NCBI RefSeq assembly: GCF_006345805.1
Contig: NC_043008.1
Coordinates: forward strand, 72,602,001-72,666,000
Direction of reading: 5' to 3'
Length of the DNA stretch: 64,000 bases
Source: Octopus sinensis
Taxonomy: Eukaryota
Below are positions 10,475 through 23,989 of the stretch, piece after piece. The notes below the pieces were generated by a model, which saw nothing but the letters and a program-made list of their open reading frames with translations, was not told the origin of the DNA and did no database searches. Position numbers and translations under genes: made by a program. The first letter of the stretch is position 1; the number at the start of each line of letters is the position of its first letter.

Positions 10475-11339
10475 TGTATATATATATATATACATATATA
10501 TATATGTGTGTGTGTGTGTGTATGTATATCTCTCTATATATATACATATATATGTGTGTGTGTATTGCCACATACTCTACCACCTGTTAAGCTATTATAA
10601 TTCACTACTACCACTACTACTATTACTCTGTACACCACACACACACACACATGCAGACTACCATCTTGCAGGCTTCTTAGGCTATCCATGTTTATTGCTC
10701 TATAATACACCACAACAGCCCATTACTTAATGGTTGTTGATATTAAAAACCTAATATTATTGCATCTTCACTAAATAGTCATTGGATTAACTGATGTAGT
10801 AAATATTATTGAAATAATAATAATTATTATTATTATTACTGTTTTGCTACATATTAGTCATCAATGTAATTAAACTAGTAATTGCTTAGTGACCACTACA
10901 AATATAGTTATAGTGGTGACACTAATTCCTCATCTCCACATTTTGGTCTGGCAAAACAGATAACTTTGGTTGAGCCAGATTATTGTCTGTAGAGTTGTGG
11001 TAGCGCACTAAACGTTTTTCCATGATGTACTGCTGTTGCTGTTGTGATGATGATGATGATGATGATGATGGTAATGTTGTACGTGTTGTTGTTGTTGTTG
11101 TAATGTCGGCTGTGGCTGTGGTGTGATTCTTTGTTGCTCTATTGCTTGTTCATTTGATCCTATCATACTAAAATTTATTGCTGTTCTCAGAATAGAAACT
11201 ATTGATCGATATGTTATTAAATTTGTGTAACATATCAAGCTAGGCTGCAAGGAAGATTATAAACACACATACACACACACATACAAATCAAACTTCACAT
11301 ATTCATACACACTTTGTGTATGCATGTGTAATTGTGAGT

Positions 11340-11621
<282 letters not shown>

Positions 11622-13224
11622 CGAGTGAATGAATGAGATATAAATTTATACATATATACATGTCGGTGAGTGTGTAAAATAATTTCATTTGCAGAATGCA
11701 ATAGAACAAGCTGTGATGCCTTAAAGACTTGTTTTATGTAAGTCAAACAGAGAAAAGATAAGGTTTATGGTTAATTAAAATACTATACCATCACTCAGAA
11801 TCAATAAAAATATAAGCAACTGAGTTACTGTCTAGAATCTGTTCTTCGGAAAGATTTTTCTCTATGTTGTAAAACCATGCAGTTCTTTCATCCCTTTTTC
11901 TTCCTCACTGTCATCATTTGTTTCAGTCCAAGAGAAAAGATGTGCATACATCATATCCAAACTTGGATTTACATACCAAACTAAAAGAGCATGGAACATG
12001 AATTAGCATCTGAGAACCATTTAAGCAACATACTGTATATGATACTAAGGTCCTTGGTAAGGTTGTTCAATGTGTATATATTTTCCCTACTGACATCAGA
12101 CATACAGTTTGGCATGGTGACCTGTTGCTATTCATTTTCGTTCTTCTGTCAGATTTTCTGTAAGCTTTATTTTCCTAAAATTCCTAGTTCCATTAGTCAA
12201 AGAATCAAGATGCCTTGATAGATTTGATGGTTGTGGAGGCAGTGGTAGTTTTGGTGTTGGTGATGCTGACGGTGGCATCATCATCATTGTCTGTTGTTGT
12301 TGTCGTTGGTGGTGGTGGTGGTGGTGGTGGTGATTGCTTTCATGTAATGTTGCTTTTTAAGCCCATCATCTCTCTAGCTGAATTTTCACAATCTCTGAAA
12401 CAAAATGCATTTGGGAAAGCTCAGTCAATCGTGAGTGAAATTAGATGGAAAGATGATAAGGCAAAGATGACTTGGAAGTTGCACCAAATAACACCAGTAA
12501 TAATGTCCATGACGAAGCTCATTAAATTGTAAGTAATCTCACTGAAGATAAGTTAGTGTTACTTAATACTTGATGGAGAAATGTTTCATGTTATTAATGA
12601 TATTAAGCTTTATAGATGACTTTTATTTTAATAAATTCTGGTATAAATTAGATGGTATATTTGTTGTATGCACAAGTCATGCTTCTGAAGGACTATCAAA
12701 GTGAACAGGGATTACCAATCTGTTTGTGTTAAGGCCTGCTTTTGGTTTCTTACAATTTCTCATAACTCACATGTATGTAATATGCTAGATGACAAAATTT
12801 TCTCCACATATCTACCTGACACTCAATTCCATGACTGGCAATGTTTGTTTGCTCAAAAACTAAACTATATCACAAAAGACTAGCTGAAACTCATCAACTA
12901 CACATTGGCCCGAGGATGCATTGCATATGAGTTTCAAAGATGATCTGAGACTCATACAGAACATCTCAGTGGCCCGCCCGCCTGCTGTTGACCACTTGAA
13001 TAGTGAATAAGGATATTGGAGCCTTGGTTGAAATTTAGGCTCGTAAATTCAGGACCAGCCCAAGTGCATGTACATAAACAAGGCAGGGGAGATGATAACA
13101 AGAAATAAGGATTCAATCAATTAAAATCCTAGTGATTTGATCAGTTATAATAGAATTACATACATATATATTCTAAAAATTCGTTTATCAATGATATTCC
13201 ATATCCATGTGCATGTTTCAGTTT

Positions 13225-13365
13225 TCATCTATATACATCCATTCATATGGCTTTGGTTGGCCCAAGCCTATGGTAGAAGATACTTGCCTAGTGTGATACA
13301 GAGTGGGACTGAAGGCAAAACCATGTAGCTTGAATGTAAGCTTCTTAACTACACAACCATGCTTC
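13225..13365 (-). mobile_element. tRNA-derived SINE family 1, 5' part
   Basis: Matches the head of 13396-13760 (agtgggactgaa..aaccatgt..aagcttcttaactacacaaccatgc). Confidence 0.6.
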
Positions 13366-13395
13366 CTCCCCCATATATTATCATCATCATATATA

Positions 13396-13757
13396 TACTC
13401 TTTTACTCTATTACTTGTTTCAGTTATTTGACTGTGGCCATGCTGCAGCACTGCCTTTTAGTCGAGGAAATCGACGCCAGAACTTATTCTTAGTAAGCCT
13501 AGTACTTATTCTATCAGTCTCTTTTGCTGAACCACTAAGTTACGGGTATGTAAGCACACCAGCATCGGTATTCATGCGCTGTTGGGGGGAACAAACACAC
13601 ACAAATTATATGTATATATATTTATACATATATATGACAGGCTTATTTCAGCCCGAAGCTATAGTATAAGACACTTGCCCAAGGTGCCACCCAGTGGGAC
13701 TGAACCCAGAACCATGTGATTGGTAATCAAGCTACTTACCACACAGCCACTCTTGCA

Positions 13758-13760
<3 letters not shown>
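13396..13760 (-). mobile_element. tRNA-derived SINE family 1, near full length
   Basis: Head gtggctgtgtggtaagtagcttg with B-box-like ggttcagtccc; gcaccttgggcaagtgtctt core; tail gaaacaagtaa..agagtaaaagag; same family occurs at least 8 times in the window. Confidence 0.85.
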
Positions 13761-13841
<81 letters not shown>

Positions 13842-13934
13842 TTATGTATATGTATATGTATATATAAATGAAAAAAGAAAACAAAAAAGTAAAAGAGTCA
13901 AAAGGAAGAGTAAGTACGGTTAGGCAGCTTTTTA

Positions 13935-14056
13935 ATTGCTACAAATGTTTTGATACATACAGATCCTGATATATACAGGATTTAAAGTTACGTTTAAATT
14001 AAATTATTTAACGATTTACCTGTATAAAAAGATCTATCTGTATCTCCTCAGGTGAT
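13935..14056 (-). ncRNA. Degenerate mirror copy of the 14140 HHR
   Basis: ATCAC-CTGAGGA-stem II...AAAAC (G12 to A)-ATTT-GTA-GCAAT. Confidence 0.55.
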
Positions 14057-14139
14057 ACGCAGTTGCTGTCTCCATAAGTAACTCTAGATTTCCATGCTAC
14101 AACATCCATGGCTTCTTCTTTCAGAGACAGCAACTGAGT

Positions 14140-14256
14140 ATCGCCTGAGGAGATACATATAGATCTTCTTATACAGGTAAATCATTACATAATTTAATTT
14201 AAACTTTAAATCCTGTATATACGAGGATCTATATGTATCGAAACATGTGTAGTGAT
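14140..14256 (+). ncRNA. Type I hammerhead ribozyme with canonical core and long stem II
   Basis: ATCGC / CTGAGGA (14145-51) / GATACATATAGATC paired perfectly with GATCTATATGTATC (14 bp) / GAAAC (14240-44) / ATGT / GTA (predicted cleavage after 14251) / GTGAT. Confidence 0.8.
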
Positions 14257-14316
14257 TAAAAAGCTGCCTAACCGTACTTACACAGACACACAAACACACA
14301 CATATACATATTCATA

Positions 14317-14394
<78 letters not shown>

Positions 14395-14396
<2 letters not shown>

Positions 14397-14545
14397 CGAC
14401 TGGATTCTTTCAGTTTCCATCTACTAAATGCACTCAGAAGGCTTTGGTCGGCCTGAGGCTATAGAAGAAGACACTTGCCCAAGGTGCCATGCAGTGGGAC
14501 CGAACCCAGAACCATGTGGTTGGTAAGCAAGCTACCTACCACAGG
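14395..14545 (-). mobile_element. SINE family 1, 5' part
   Basis: ttctttcagtttccatctac...gcagtgggaccgaacccagaaccatgtgg matches the other copies. Confidence 0.75.
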
Positions 14546-14730
14546 GATGCCACATCAAAAGCATCCAACACATACTGTAAAGTGGTTGGCATTATAAAGG
14601 GCATATAGCTGTAGAAACTGGCCAAATCAGACTGGAACCTGGTGCACTCTTCCCCTTGTCAGCTCTGGTCAAAAAACAGCCAACCTATGTCGGCATGTAA
14701 GATGGACATTAAATGATGATGATGATATAT
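14545..14730 (+). mobile_element. RTE-LINE 3'-end copy with (GAT)n tail
   Basis: ggcatatagctgtagaaac...ggacattaaatgatgatgatgat. Confidence 0.65.
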
Positions 14731-16781
14731 AGTAATTAATATATATCTCCTGCTGAACAGTGGTTTTGTACGTATGATTGCAGTCACATGAAGCCCTCTC
14801 CTCAGAAACATCATTTATAATCCTCTCTAAAGGCAGTTAACAGAATTATACTTAATTGTAATTCGTCATAATTCTCTTGATACACTCTGTAGTAGTATAT
14901 ATGTGAACATTTTAAAATTGAAATGGGGCTATTTATTTTCACATTTATCAAAGACACAATGAATTTCAAATTGAGTGATATATATCTTTGTATAATGATA
15001 CCATTTGTAGGCTATAGATTAGGGATTCATTTGAATGTGTGCCTGCTCTATATAGAAAATGAAATGGTGATAGGAATCAATAATTTGAATTAGGTTTATT
15101 GCTGAGCTGGTGATTTCTTCTTTCTCTGAGTTTTTTCTTTTCTTTTATTAATTTTATGTTTTGAAAATATATTTGTTGTTATCTGTTTTTGTTTTGTTTG
15201 GTCTTGTTCAGTTTATGTGAAACAGAGTTTGATAAACTGTATAAAAATGTGCAAGATGTAACGGAACTGCATGAAAACTTCATAATTATTTGTTTAAATA
15301 ACTAGAAATTTCTCTATCAAGGATCAGTAATTAAAAATATCGTTGTCAGCTTCTGTGAAGAATGTTTAGAATATTCGACAACTATAAAAAGTGCTATGTG
15401 CATGATTAAAATAAATTTACGTTGCCATTTCCATATTTTGGGAATCCTGCGAGGAAAAGAAATATATAAATATGCATTTTCTGAGATTGCAATGTTAATT
15501 CCATACAAACCTCCTTTCATTCTCTCCCCATGCCTCCTTTCTCAAAAATCCCGTACATTTTAAACATATTGCTTTTATATTTATTTACTTTAGATCTTTG
15601 TATCATCAATAATCATGGAAGTCTGTGAATCGCTGCTGTGTTTGCAAAATTCAGTGCTTCAGAATAACGGCTGCTCAATGGTTAAAGTTACATACGATCT
15701 TAGCATATATGTTTGACCCCCAAACATTACATTCTGTGAATATATCTCTATCAAATTGTAAAATAATTACTAATTGATTAACTCACTATCACCATCTGCT
15801 CTATTATAGAGCAATTACTACATCTAATACCACTTTTCTAATCAGCAAGCATCAACCAATTTTATTTAATTAACAAAGACATCTCAAATCTATTTCCTTT
15901 TAGATGAGAATATATGAAATATGGCCATGTCTACAGGATATCGTATTAACTAATTGTGGTGATGATATTTTGTATTAACATTGCTATATTGTAACTTTTC
16001 CAGCCCACTTGATTCTCAAAGAACAAGTATCATCATTTATCCAGACTATCACATTTCTCACTGAGTTTTTCTCAACTCATTCTCTTTCTCTCTTTTTTTT
16101 ATCCCCTCCCCAACTAATATACACAGTGCAGTGCTGGAATTTCTCAGTTCTCTCCTCAATACAGTCCATTTCAACCTGGCTTGTTCAGATTCAATGGAAT
16201 CCTTCTGAATATATAAAATAGTAGCTATAAAGGATGGAGTTTACACCACTGCAATCAGTGGTATCACCCATACCTCCCACCCCCACTATAATCAGTGGCT
16301 TAATCCGTACCTTCACTGCAATCAAAGGTATAGTCACCTCCTTACTGAAATCAAAGCTACAGTTGACACCACTAGTTACGTTCAGGACTAGTTTTATATT
16401 CCTTTATTTTTATTAGTTTTAATTGTCACACAAATGCCATTCCAATGCAGTACCTTCTAAGGTTAAGTCAATCATATCTACTCCAGTATTTATTATATCA
16501 ATTGCTATTTGTAGTACCACTAAATTAAAAAGAGTTTTTCTATAGGCATCAGTTTACCTCATTATAGATACAGGGATCTCTGGGAAAGTTACCTGCAATA
16601 GACAAGCACCCTCAACTAATTTTGCCTCCAAATCACAAAACTTACCAGAAACCAGAAATAAGCACTAATCCTTTTGTTACTATCATTTTGGAAATGTTTT
16701 ATCTTTTTTCTTATGTAACACAGAGTTGAAGATATCAGGGTGAAAATAAATCATGGATCCTGCCTGTTGAATGTTTTACAG

Positions 16782-16808
16782 ATGCGCTTTATCTCCCTGC
16801 CACCACAG
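16782..16808 (+). other. Candidate 27-nt micro-exon (unsupported host gene)
   Basis: ttttacag|ATGCGCTTTATCTCCCTGCCACCACAG|gtatgc; length divisible by 3; splice signals only. Confidence 0.15.
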
Positions 16809-17069
16809 GTATGCAGGAGAAAGGGAGTTTGATTATAGCATGGCAAACAGACAAAATGCTGTTGAGTTGTTCAAAGTTTCTGATATTTGCAGCAATAATC
16901 ACAACCTACTCGTGGTACTTGTTATAATTATCTGAAGTTAATCAGTGAGAATTACGAGTACTGGGTAGATGTCAAGTAACCATGTTGATGATCTCCTAGT
17001 TGATAATTTATATTGGCTATTGTCAATGATAAATAAGGATTGTTTGAATCTTTGATTCAATTCTCACAC

Positions 17070-17300
17070 AACCCTTTAATTTTCAGATTACTCTGTCAAA
17101 TGTAATGCTTATTTATTCACATTGTCTTGAATTAATCACGCATTATCTTATAGCTTTGAGATTTTGATGATATGATTGTTTATTTTTAGAATGACATTGA
17201 AGTGTAAGTGTGAGAGGCTGGATCTGGTCAGTTTGAACTGAAAACAGACTGAATATTCGTGCTGGACATGGCCACTTTAAATGCTGAATGATTAAGCCAT
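17070..17300. mobile_element. Probable non-autonomous DNA-transposon end (piggyBac-like AACCCTTT terminus)
   Basis: aaccctttaattttcagattactctgtcaaa (17071-17101) recurs in reverse at ~55929-55959. Confidence 0.35.
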
Positions 17301-18636
17301 ATATCACTGTCTCTCATACAAGTAAATATCTTGGGGTATTCAACAGCTTGGCAAGGAACTTGGCATTTGTATCTAACTTGCTCTTGGCACATATCATAAG
17401 AACAGAACCATTCCATTTATCTAAGAACTCCTAGAGGATTTTTATTTATTGTATCAGGACAAACATAAACTAAATCAACTTTTTCTGAATAATAGAGTAC
17501 CAGTTCAGTAGTTATCCAGCTATACCCAGCTTTATCTGTGAATAATATGTGCCAAAGCTTATATAAATGGTAGAATATGATTTGAAGGATATTTATTTGC
17601 TATTATTAACAGATCAAATTTTTTGTCGTTTAGTCAGGAGGGAAGTCAAAACCCATGACACCTTGCAAGGTATCCTGACTTTTAGGTGAGAAGGAGGGAG
17701 ATGTCCTCAAACTGGAGATCTTGCTTGAATGAATGCTTACAGTAGAGTGAATTCTACTACAGATATCCCAAGTGCGAGGTTGTGGTGTTAAACTGGGCTA
17801 GCAGATGAAGTCTATCATTTGGGTATGTCATGGTGGGATTCAGAATGCAAAGAGTTGGATCATGTACTGTAAGTTCTCTGTGCTGACATTCTTATATTCT
17901 ACATTGGTACTGTTTTATTGACCTCAAGCTGATTAGAAGCAAATATAACCTGAGTAGGATTTGAACTCGGAATACAAATACTGCAAGCTACTTTGATTCA
18001 GAAACTAACAACTTGGCAAACTTGCCATCAGGTATAATGATGAATAATGGTAACACTTTAGTTGTTTAACACCAGCTCAGCTGTGGTTCAGCAGGCTCCT
18101 GGTGTAAAACAATATAGGCATCTCCATCTTGTCTCTTTTGCTGACATCGTCTAGCTAGGACTACATTATCTAATATGTCTTCCATACTTTTTTAAAAAAA
18201 GAAGTGTATGACTTTCCATATGTTTATAGCAGTAGTATTATCTGAGGGAGAATTAGTTATTATTTCTTGCAGCTTGTGTGGACCTGTAGAGATAGATGCA
18301 CTCTTAAGTGTATTGATTTGTGGAGAGTTATAAGTCTTGGTTCATATTGTCCAGTATCCCATCATTAGAGTAAATTCCTTGATTCAGAATATTTAATTAG
18401 GAAGGAATTTGTGTGAAATATTACTGCAAACAGAATATTGGTCTGTAAAATAACAAAGAAAAGTAAGAAAATCATTCATAATACTCTCAAACAAAACAAA
18501 AATATCAAGAAACAATAAAAATTCGAATTTAAAATATTCTGAGAATAATTTCATCAATATTTTTTTTTAAGGATTATATGATATTTAAAAAAATATTTTG
18601 GTTCAAAATAAGCTTGTGTATTAACATGTGCTTTTG

Positions 18637-18667
<31 letters not shown>

Positions 18668-19591
18668 TGTGTGTGTGTGTGTGTGTACACTCACATACAT
18701 ATGGGTGTGTGCATGTTTATATATATATATACACACACGTGTGTGTGTGTGTGTATTTTGTTGTATGGTTAACTTGTATTTTAAAAATCTTACTTAAAAA
18801 TAAGTGGTTTCAATGTGGCTTGTTTGAGTGTATATTTCAATCTGTCTCTCTGTTTGTTATGTGTGTGTGTGTGTCTGACTGTGTGTACATATGTGTTTAT
18901 TTCTTTGTGTGTGTGCATATCAATCTCAATATATATATATATTTATGTATGTATATATATATAATTTGTATTTACGTATACATAAATATATATATGTACA
19001 CACACAGAGTAATGTGTAATTGATTTTGCTATTTTTCTATCATTTTCTCATCGTTTGTTTTTGCCTACAGCCTCAGACAACCTTGTATTCTGGGCAAAAA
19101 AAAAACAGAAAAAAAGCATCAATAAATTATATATAGAGATAGATAGAAAAACACAAATGTAGACACACATACACAGATACAGTTACGCATATATTTATAT
19201 AAATGTTTGTGTGTGTGTGTGTGTGTGTATTATTTTACTTGCTTCAGTGTTTATATTGCGACCATGCTGGAGCACTGTTTGAGCACTCCAGCATGCCAGA
19301 GCAGTATAGATGAAGTACAATTGAGACCAGTACATATTTTAAGTTTTGTACTTATTTTATTAGTTACTGTTTGCAAAACTGCTAAGTTAGAGCAACCTAA
19401 ACAAACCAGCAATGGTTGTCATACAGTTGAGAAAAAACACAATCATACTATCTTTTATTGATTTATCTTTTTTTATTGAATTTATACACAGTTAGGACAT
19501 AAGATGGTAAATGCAAGAATTTGAAAGGTATCAATTTGTCAAAGTTTAATCAAAAGTCAATATTTGTCAAACAGTAATCAAAAATGAATAT

Positions 19592-19955
19592 AGGCACAAG
19601 TATGGCTGTGTGGTAAGGAGCCTGCTTCCCAACCACGTGGTTCCAGGTTCAGTCCTACTACACAACACCTTAGGCAAGTGTCTTCTACTATAGCCTTGGG
19701 CTGACCAAAGCCTTGTGAGTGAATTTGGTTGACAGAAACTGAAAGAAGCCTGTAATGTATATGTTTGTGTTTGTCCCCTACCACTGCTTGACAACTGGTG
19801 TTGATGTGTTTATATTCCTGTAACTTAGCAGTTTGGCAAAAGAGACTGATAGAATAAGAACAAGGTTTTAAAAATGAAATTACTGGGGTTGATTCATTCA
19901 ATTAAAGGTGGTATCGCAAATGGCTGATACAAGTAAACAACAAAAGATAAAAGAA
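19592..19955 (+). mobile_element. SINE family 1
   Basis: tatggctgtgtggtaagg...ggttcagtcc...gaaactgaaagaagcc...tactggggttgattcattc. Confidence 0.85.
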
Positions 19956-20175
19956 AGAGATTGAGTAAGGGATTGTCATTTACGTCTACTCCACAAATGT
20001 CTCCCTTTCCAGAACAGCTGACAACAAGCTAATGGATCCCCTTTTTTGAAACGTAATGAAGATGAGTATGTCTCACTAGAAATGGAAGTAATTTTTGTCC
20101 AAAGAAAGAAATGAGGAAGCACTTCACATTTATTGTGAATACATTCTGAATTATACTATTGAAATAATTGAAGAT

Positions 20176-20550
20176 AGGAGCAGGCATGACTGTGTGGGAA
20201 GAAGTTTGCTTTTCAACTACATGGTTGTGGGTTGAGTCTCACAGTGTCTTTTAAAATAGCTGTGAAGCAAGCAACCCTTGAGAGAGGTTTGGCAGACAGA
20301 ACCTGAAGAAGCATATCATATGTGTGTGTGTGACTTTGGGTTTGTCTTTGTTCCCACCATCACTTGACAACCTGTGTCCGTTTGTTTATGTCCTCCTAAC
20401 TTATTGGTTCAGCTAGAGAGACCAATAGAATATGTATCAGGCTTAAAAATAGTAAGTACTTGGGGTTGATTTGTTCAATTAAACCCTTCAAGACAGTGAT
20501 CCAGCATGGTCACAGGCCATTGAAGGAAACAAGTAAAAGATAAAAGAGAA
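20176..20550 (+). mobile_element. SINE family 1, diverged
   Basis: Same head, body and aaacaagtaaaaga tail. Confidence 0.75.
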
Positions 20551-20559
20551 AAAACTGAA

Positions 20560-21840
20560 TTACTCAAAACAAAGATAGAATTTAAATTATCAACAGAAAG
20601 GCATTGAAATTATAATTAAAAGCTTCAATGAAGGTAATTCTGACGATGTGCTTAGAGTTTATTTTAAAGATCTTGTATTTAAAGTGTTAGAAATAAATGC
20701 AAAAATATAAACGAAAAACAAACTATTAACCATGAAAACTGATGTGAAATTTACCGATCTATTGTATATTTATAGCATATGCTTGACTAGTAACGAATTT
20801 GACTATATGAGTAAGATTAGATGAGATACTAGCAATTTCTATAGCCAACTCAAAATACTCAAACTTAAGCTATAAGTGACCCTTAATTCTAAGGCCATAT
20901 ATGTTGAAGTAACATCTCCAGATTAGTTGAAATTGAGATTGATTATAGATTGTCCTGCATGTGAAGCACACAAGCCAGTTATGTTATGGATATGTTTATA
21001 AGCCATTGCTTAAAACATATATTAGATTTTATTTCAGATGATCTAGATATGCTTTATCACTTACCTAAAACGGTGCACCAAAGCACAACTATTCTTACTT
21101 TTGATGTAATTTTATACACTAGTACCCAACACAATGGAAAAGAACTTTACAAATCATAAGCTTACATTTGTGTAAAAAAATACTTAATGTGATGAACAAG
21201 AATACCTACAAATATCAGGAATAGCAATGAGCACAAAAGTAGCTCCTATTTAGTAATGGTATACAATAAGAAGAAATTTTGTAATGAATCTTTCCAAGTA
21301 TTTGGAAACACATATTTGTATTAAAGGGCAGCTGGGAAAGATATCAAGATGGCTGTTTCATTCTATGCTAGGATAATTTTAATAAACTTACAGAATTTAA
21401 CTTATGGAGATTTAAATCTGTTTAACAACATAGATCATATCATTAAATATGTAATGGAATTCAACCAGAAGGAACTGCCATATTTCTAGACATTTTAATT
21501 ATGAAACAAGAGGGAAGATAAAAATGAATATATATTATAAAACCACAGTTTCAAAGTAATATTTTCTCCACAACTCTAGTCAGCCTAAACATACAAGAAT
21601 GAACATTCTGTTCAACCTAGCATAAGGAATTTGTGTAATAGTATTGAATCCTACAAAATGTGATCACAGATGAATTGAAAAATATTTATTCAAAGAGCAT
21701 TTCACTTAAACATAATAACATTGGAATACAGATAGCTAAATCATACTCATACTAAAGATCTAAGGAGAGTAGAAATAAGAGAGGAAAATATTTGCCATAA
21801 GCCTCTTCATTTAACCCAAGATATACTAGAATATTTTTGA
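20560..21840 (+). mobile_element. Decayed Penelope-like RT remnant
   Basis: WERYQDGCFIL (RYxDD-like, ~21333) and IYYKTTVSK*YFLHNSSQPKHTRMNILFNLA (PLE RT thumb-like, ~21530-21620). Confidence 0.6.
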
Positions 21841-21845
21841 CCATT

Positions 21846-22252
21846 GGTATAGATGTGGCTGTGTGGTAAATAGCTTGCTTTCCTACTACATTGTTCTGGG
21901 GTCAGTCTCACTGCACGGCACCTTGGGCAAGTATCTTTTACTATAGCTTCAGGCCAACCAAAGCCTTGTGCCTGGATTTGGTAGACAGAAACTGAAAGAA
22001 GCCTGCTGTATATGTGTGTATGTATGTGAGTGTCTTTGTGTCTGTGTTTGTCCTCCCATCACCACTTGACAACCAGTGGTGGTATCTTTATGTCCCTGTA
22101 ACTTAGTGGTTCAGTAAAAGAGACCAATAAAATAAGTACTAGGCTTTAAAAATATAAGTCCTATGGTCAATTTGTTCAACTAAAACTCTTCAAGGTGGTG
22201 CTCCAGCAAGGCCGCAGTCAGATGAGTAAAACAAGTAAAAGAATAAAAGAAT
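21846..22252 (+). mobile_element. SINE family 1
   Basis: gtggctgtgtggtaaatagcttgc...gcaccttgggcaagtatc...aaacaagtaaaagaataaaag. Confidence 0.85.
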
Positions 22253-22544
22253 ATTTATAAAAACCACTTATAAATTTACCTATGGAAATGAGAAAATGAA
22301 AAAAAAATGGTTTGAGAGAATTAACAAGTCATAAAAAATAAAAGACAGCCTAGAACATTGAATAATTTAAACTTACTCAGGCCAACATTCCTTAAATGAA
22401 TTTTCTATCTCTGTTGCAAATTTTGTGTTTTGCTCGGATTTAACTGATGAATCAGAATTCAAGTTTAAGATGAACAAATCATTAAAGTAACAGGTAATTT
22501 TACTCAGACTGTACTTCATATAAGATGGTACGAACGCTTGCAAA

Positions 22545-22800
22545 ACACATCATCATCATCCTTTAACATCTGCTTTCCATGCTGGCATAGGCTGAATTCT
22601 TTGACCAGAGCTGGCAAGTGGAGCAGCAGCACCAAGTTCCTGTCTGATTTGGCTTGGTTTCTATGGCTTCATGCTCTTCTTAATGCCAACCATTTTACAG
22701 TGTGTGGTGGGTGCTTTTAACATGGCATGGGCATGAGCACTTTTACATAGCACCAGCATGAGTGCTTTTTATGTGGCACTAGCACAAGTCTTTTGCAGTC
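22545..22800 (-). mobile_element. RTE-LINE 3'-end copy
   Basis: catcatcatcatcctttaacatctgctttccatgctggcat...gtgggtgctttt. Confidence 0.65.
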
Positions 22801-23179
22801 CAATCTTCTTCACCAGAAGATTTTTATTTTCATGTCTGTTTTTATCTTTCATTCCTACCTTAAGTGACCGTTTCTATCTTCCCTCCTGTTATCATAATTC
22901 AAATGTCTAAAATGGTAGTTCCTTCTGGTTGACTTCCATTATGAATTTAATGATATGGTAGATGATAATACAGATTTTAAAACTCCCTAAGTTTATCGTG
23001 ATTATAAATGTTAAAAAGGCCAACAATCGAGATAGCTCTCCTAAATAGCTTTTAAATATGACTAAAATGTCTTCCAATATTTGTAAAATTTTTATCTCAG
23101 ATATTGTTCTTATGAAAGCCTTTCAACAGATTGATATAGTGTTGACTATTATAGTATTCCTTGCAGTGAACATTACATA

Positions 23180-23345
23180 TACAAGAGGGTGCTGAAAATT
23201 TCCTGGCTTTAAGGGTGTCATGAAAGTACTGTACTGGTTGGAGGCTCAAAGTTCTTAGTTCTTTTACAGGGCTCAGAAGAACGGAAGGACCACTGCAGTA
23301 AACGTGTGAATCTGAGAGGGAAATATATCGAATAAAATATATTTA
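23180..23345 (+). mobile_element. Internally deleted mariner derivative
   Basis: TIR-like tacaagagggtgctgaaaatttcctggc followed by gaccactgcagtaaacgtgtgaatctgagaggg (mariner 3' end-like). Confidence 0.45.
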
Positions 23346-23989
23346 TACCTACATGTATATAATGGTATACATGCAACATATCAATTATGAAAATATCAGA
23401 CAAATTCTGTTAAATACACATGTAGCAATATATGCAGAAATGAATTTAATTATAAAGTATTCTAGATATGATGCATTTGTGAAGGAAAGGAATATTCAAA
23501 ATTTTATTAATTTGCCACAAAAGCTAGATGTTTTCCTTAGGACTTTAATGTTTTAGCTTTGTATTTTTTGTGAGTTAATGAATTATTTACAAATTTGATT
23601 ACATATTTAAGTGAACTATTATTGTCTAATAAGTACTGATATGCTAAAACGAAAAAACAATTGGAATATTTTAATTATATCTTTTTAATTTATAACTAGA
23701 ATATAGATTTGATTGTTTATGCAGGTATTTGTTTCTATAATGCTTGGAATCCTCAGTGCCCATCCCATGCTTGTTTATTACTGATCCTCACCCCAACTTA
23801 AATTTCAATTTGAAAGAGTGGGAAATAACTTTTTTTTTATTACGCAAATAAAGACGAACTTTCAAATATACCTTCAAGAGGAGAAAAACAATCTTTGAAA
23901 TTTTGTTGAATATTCCCTTCCTTCATTGAATGCATCATATATAAATGCTCTGCGTTACAAATCACTAAAGTAAACAATTTATTAAGAAT

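Larger units (their letters stand above)
13911..14280. mobile_element. Fold-back element, ~160-bp arms and ~51-nt loop, each arm containing an HHR
   Basis: 13911-14072 is the reverse complement of 14124-14280 (taagtacggttaggcagc / gctgcctaaccgtactta). Confidence 0.9.

Noticed and set aside
19988-20079. Exon-like segments on both strands
   Set aside because: Contradictory strands, and the segment resembles a low-copy repeat motif seen near 18190 and 39620.
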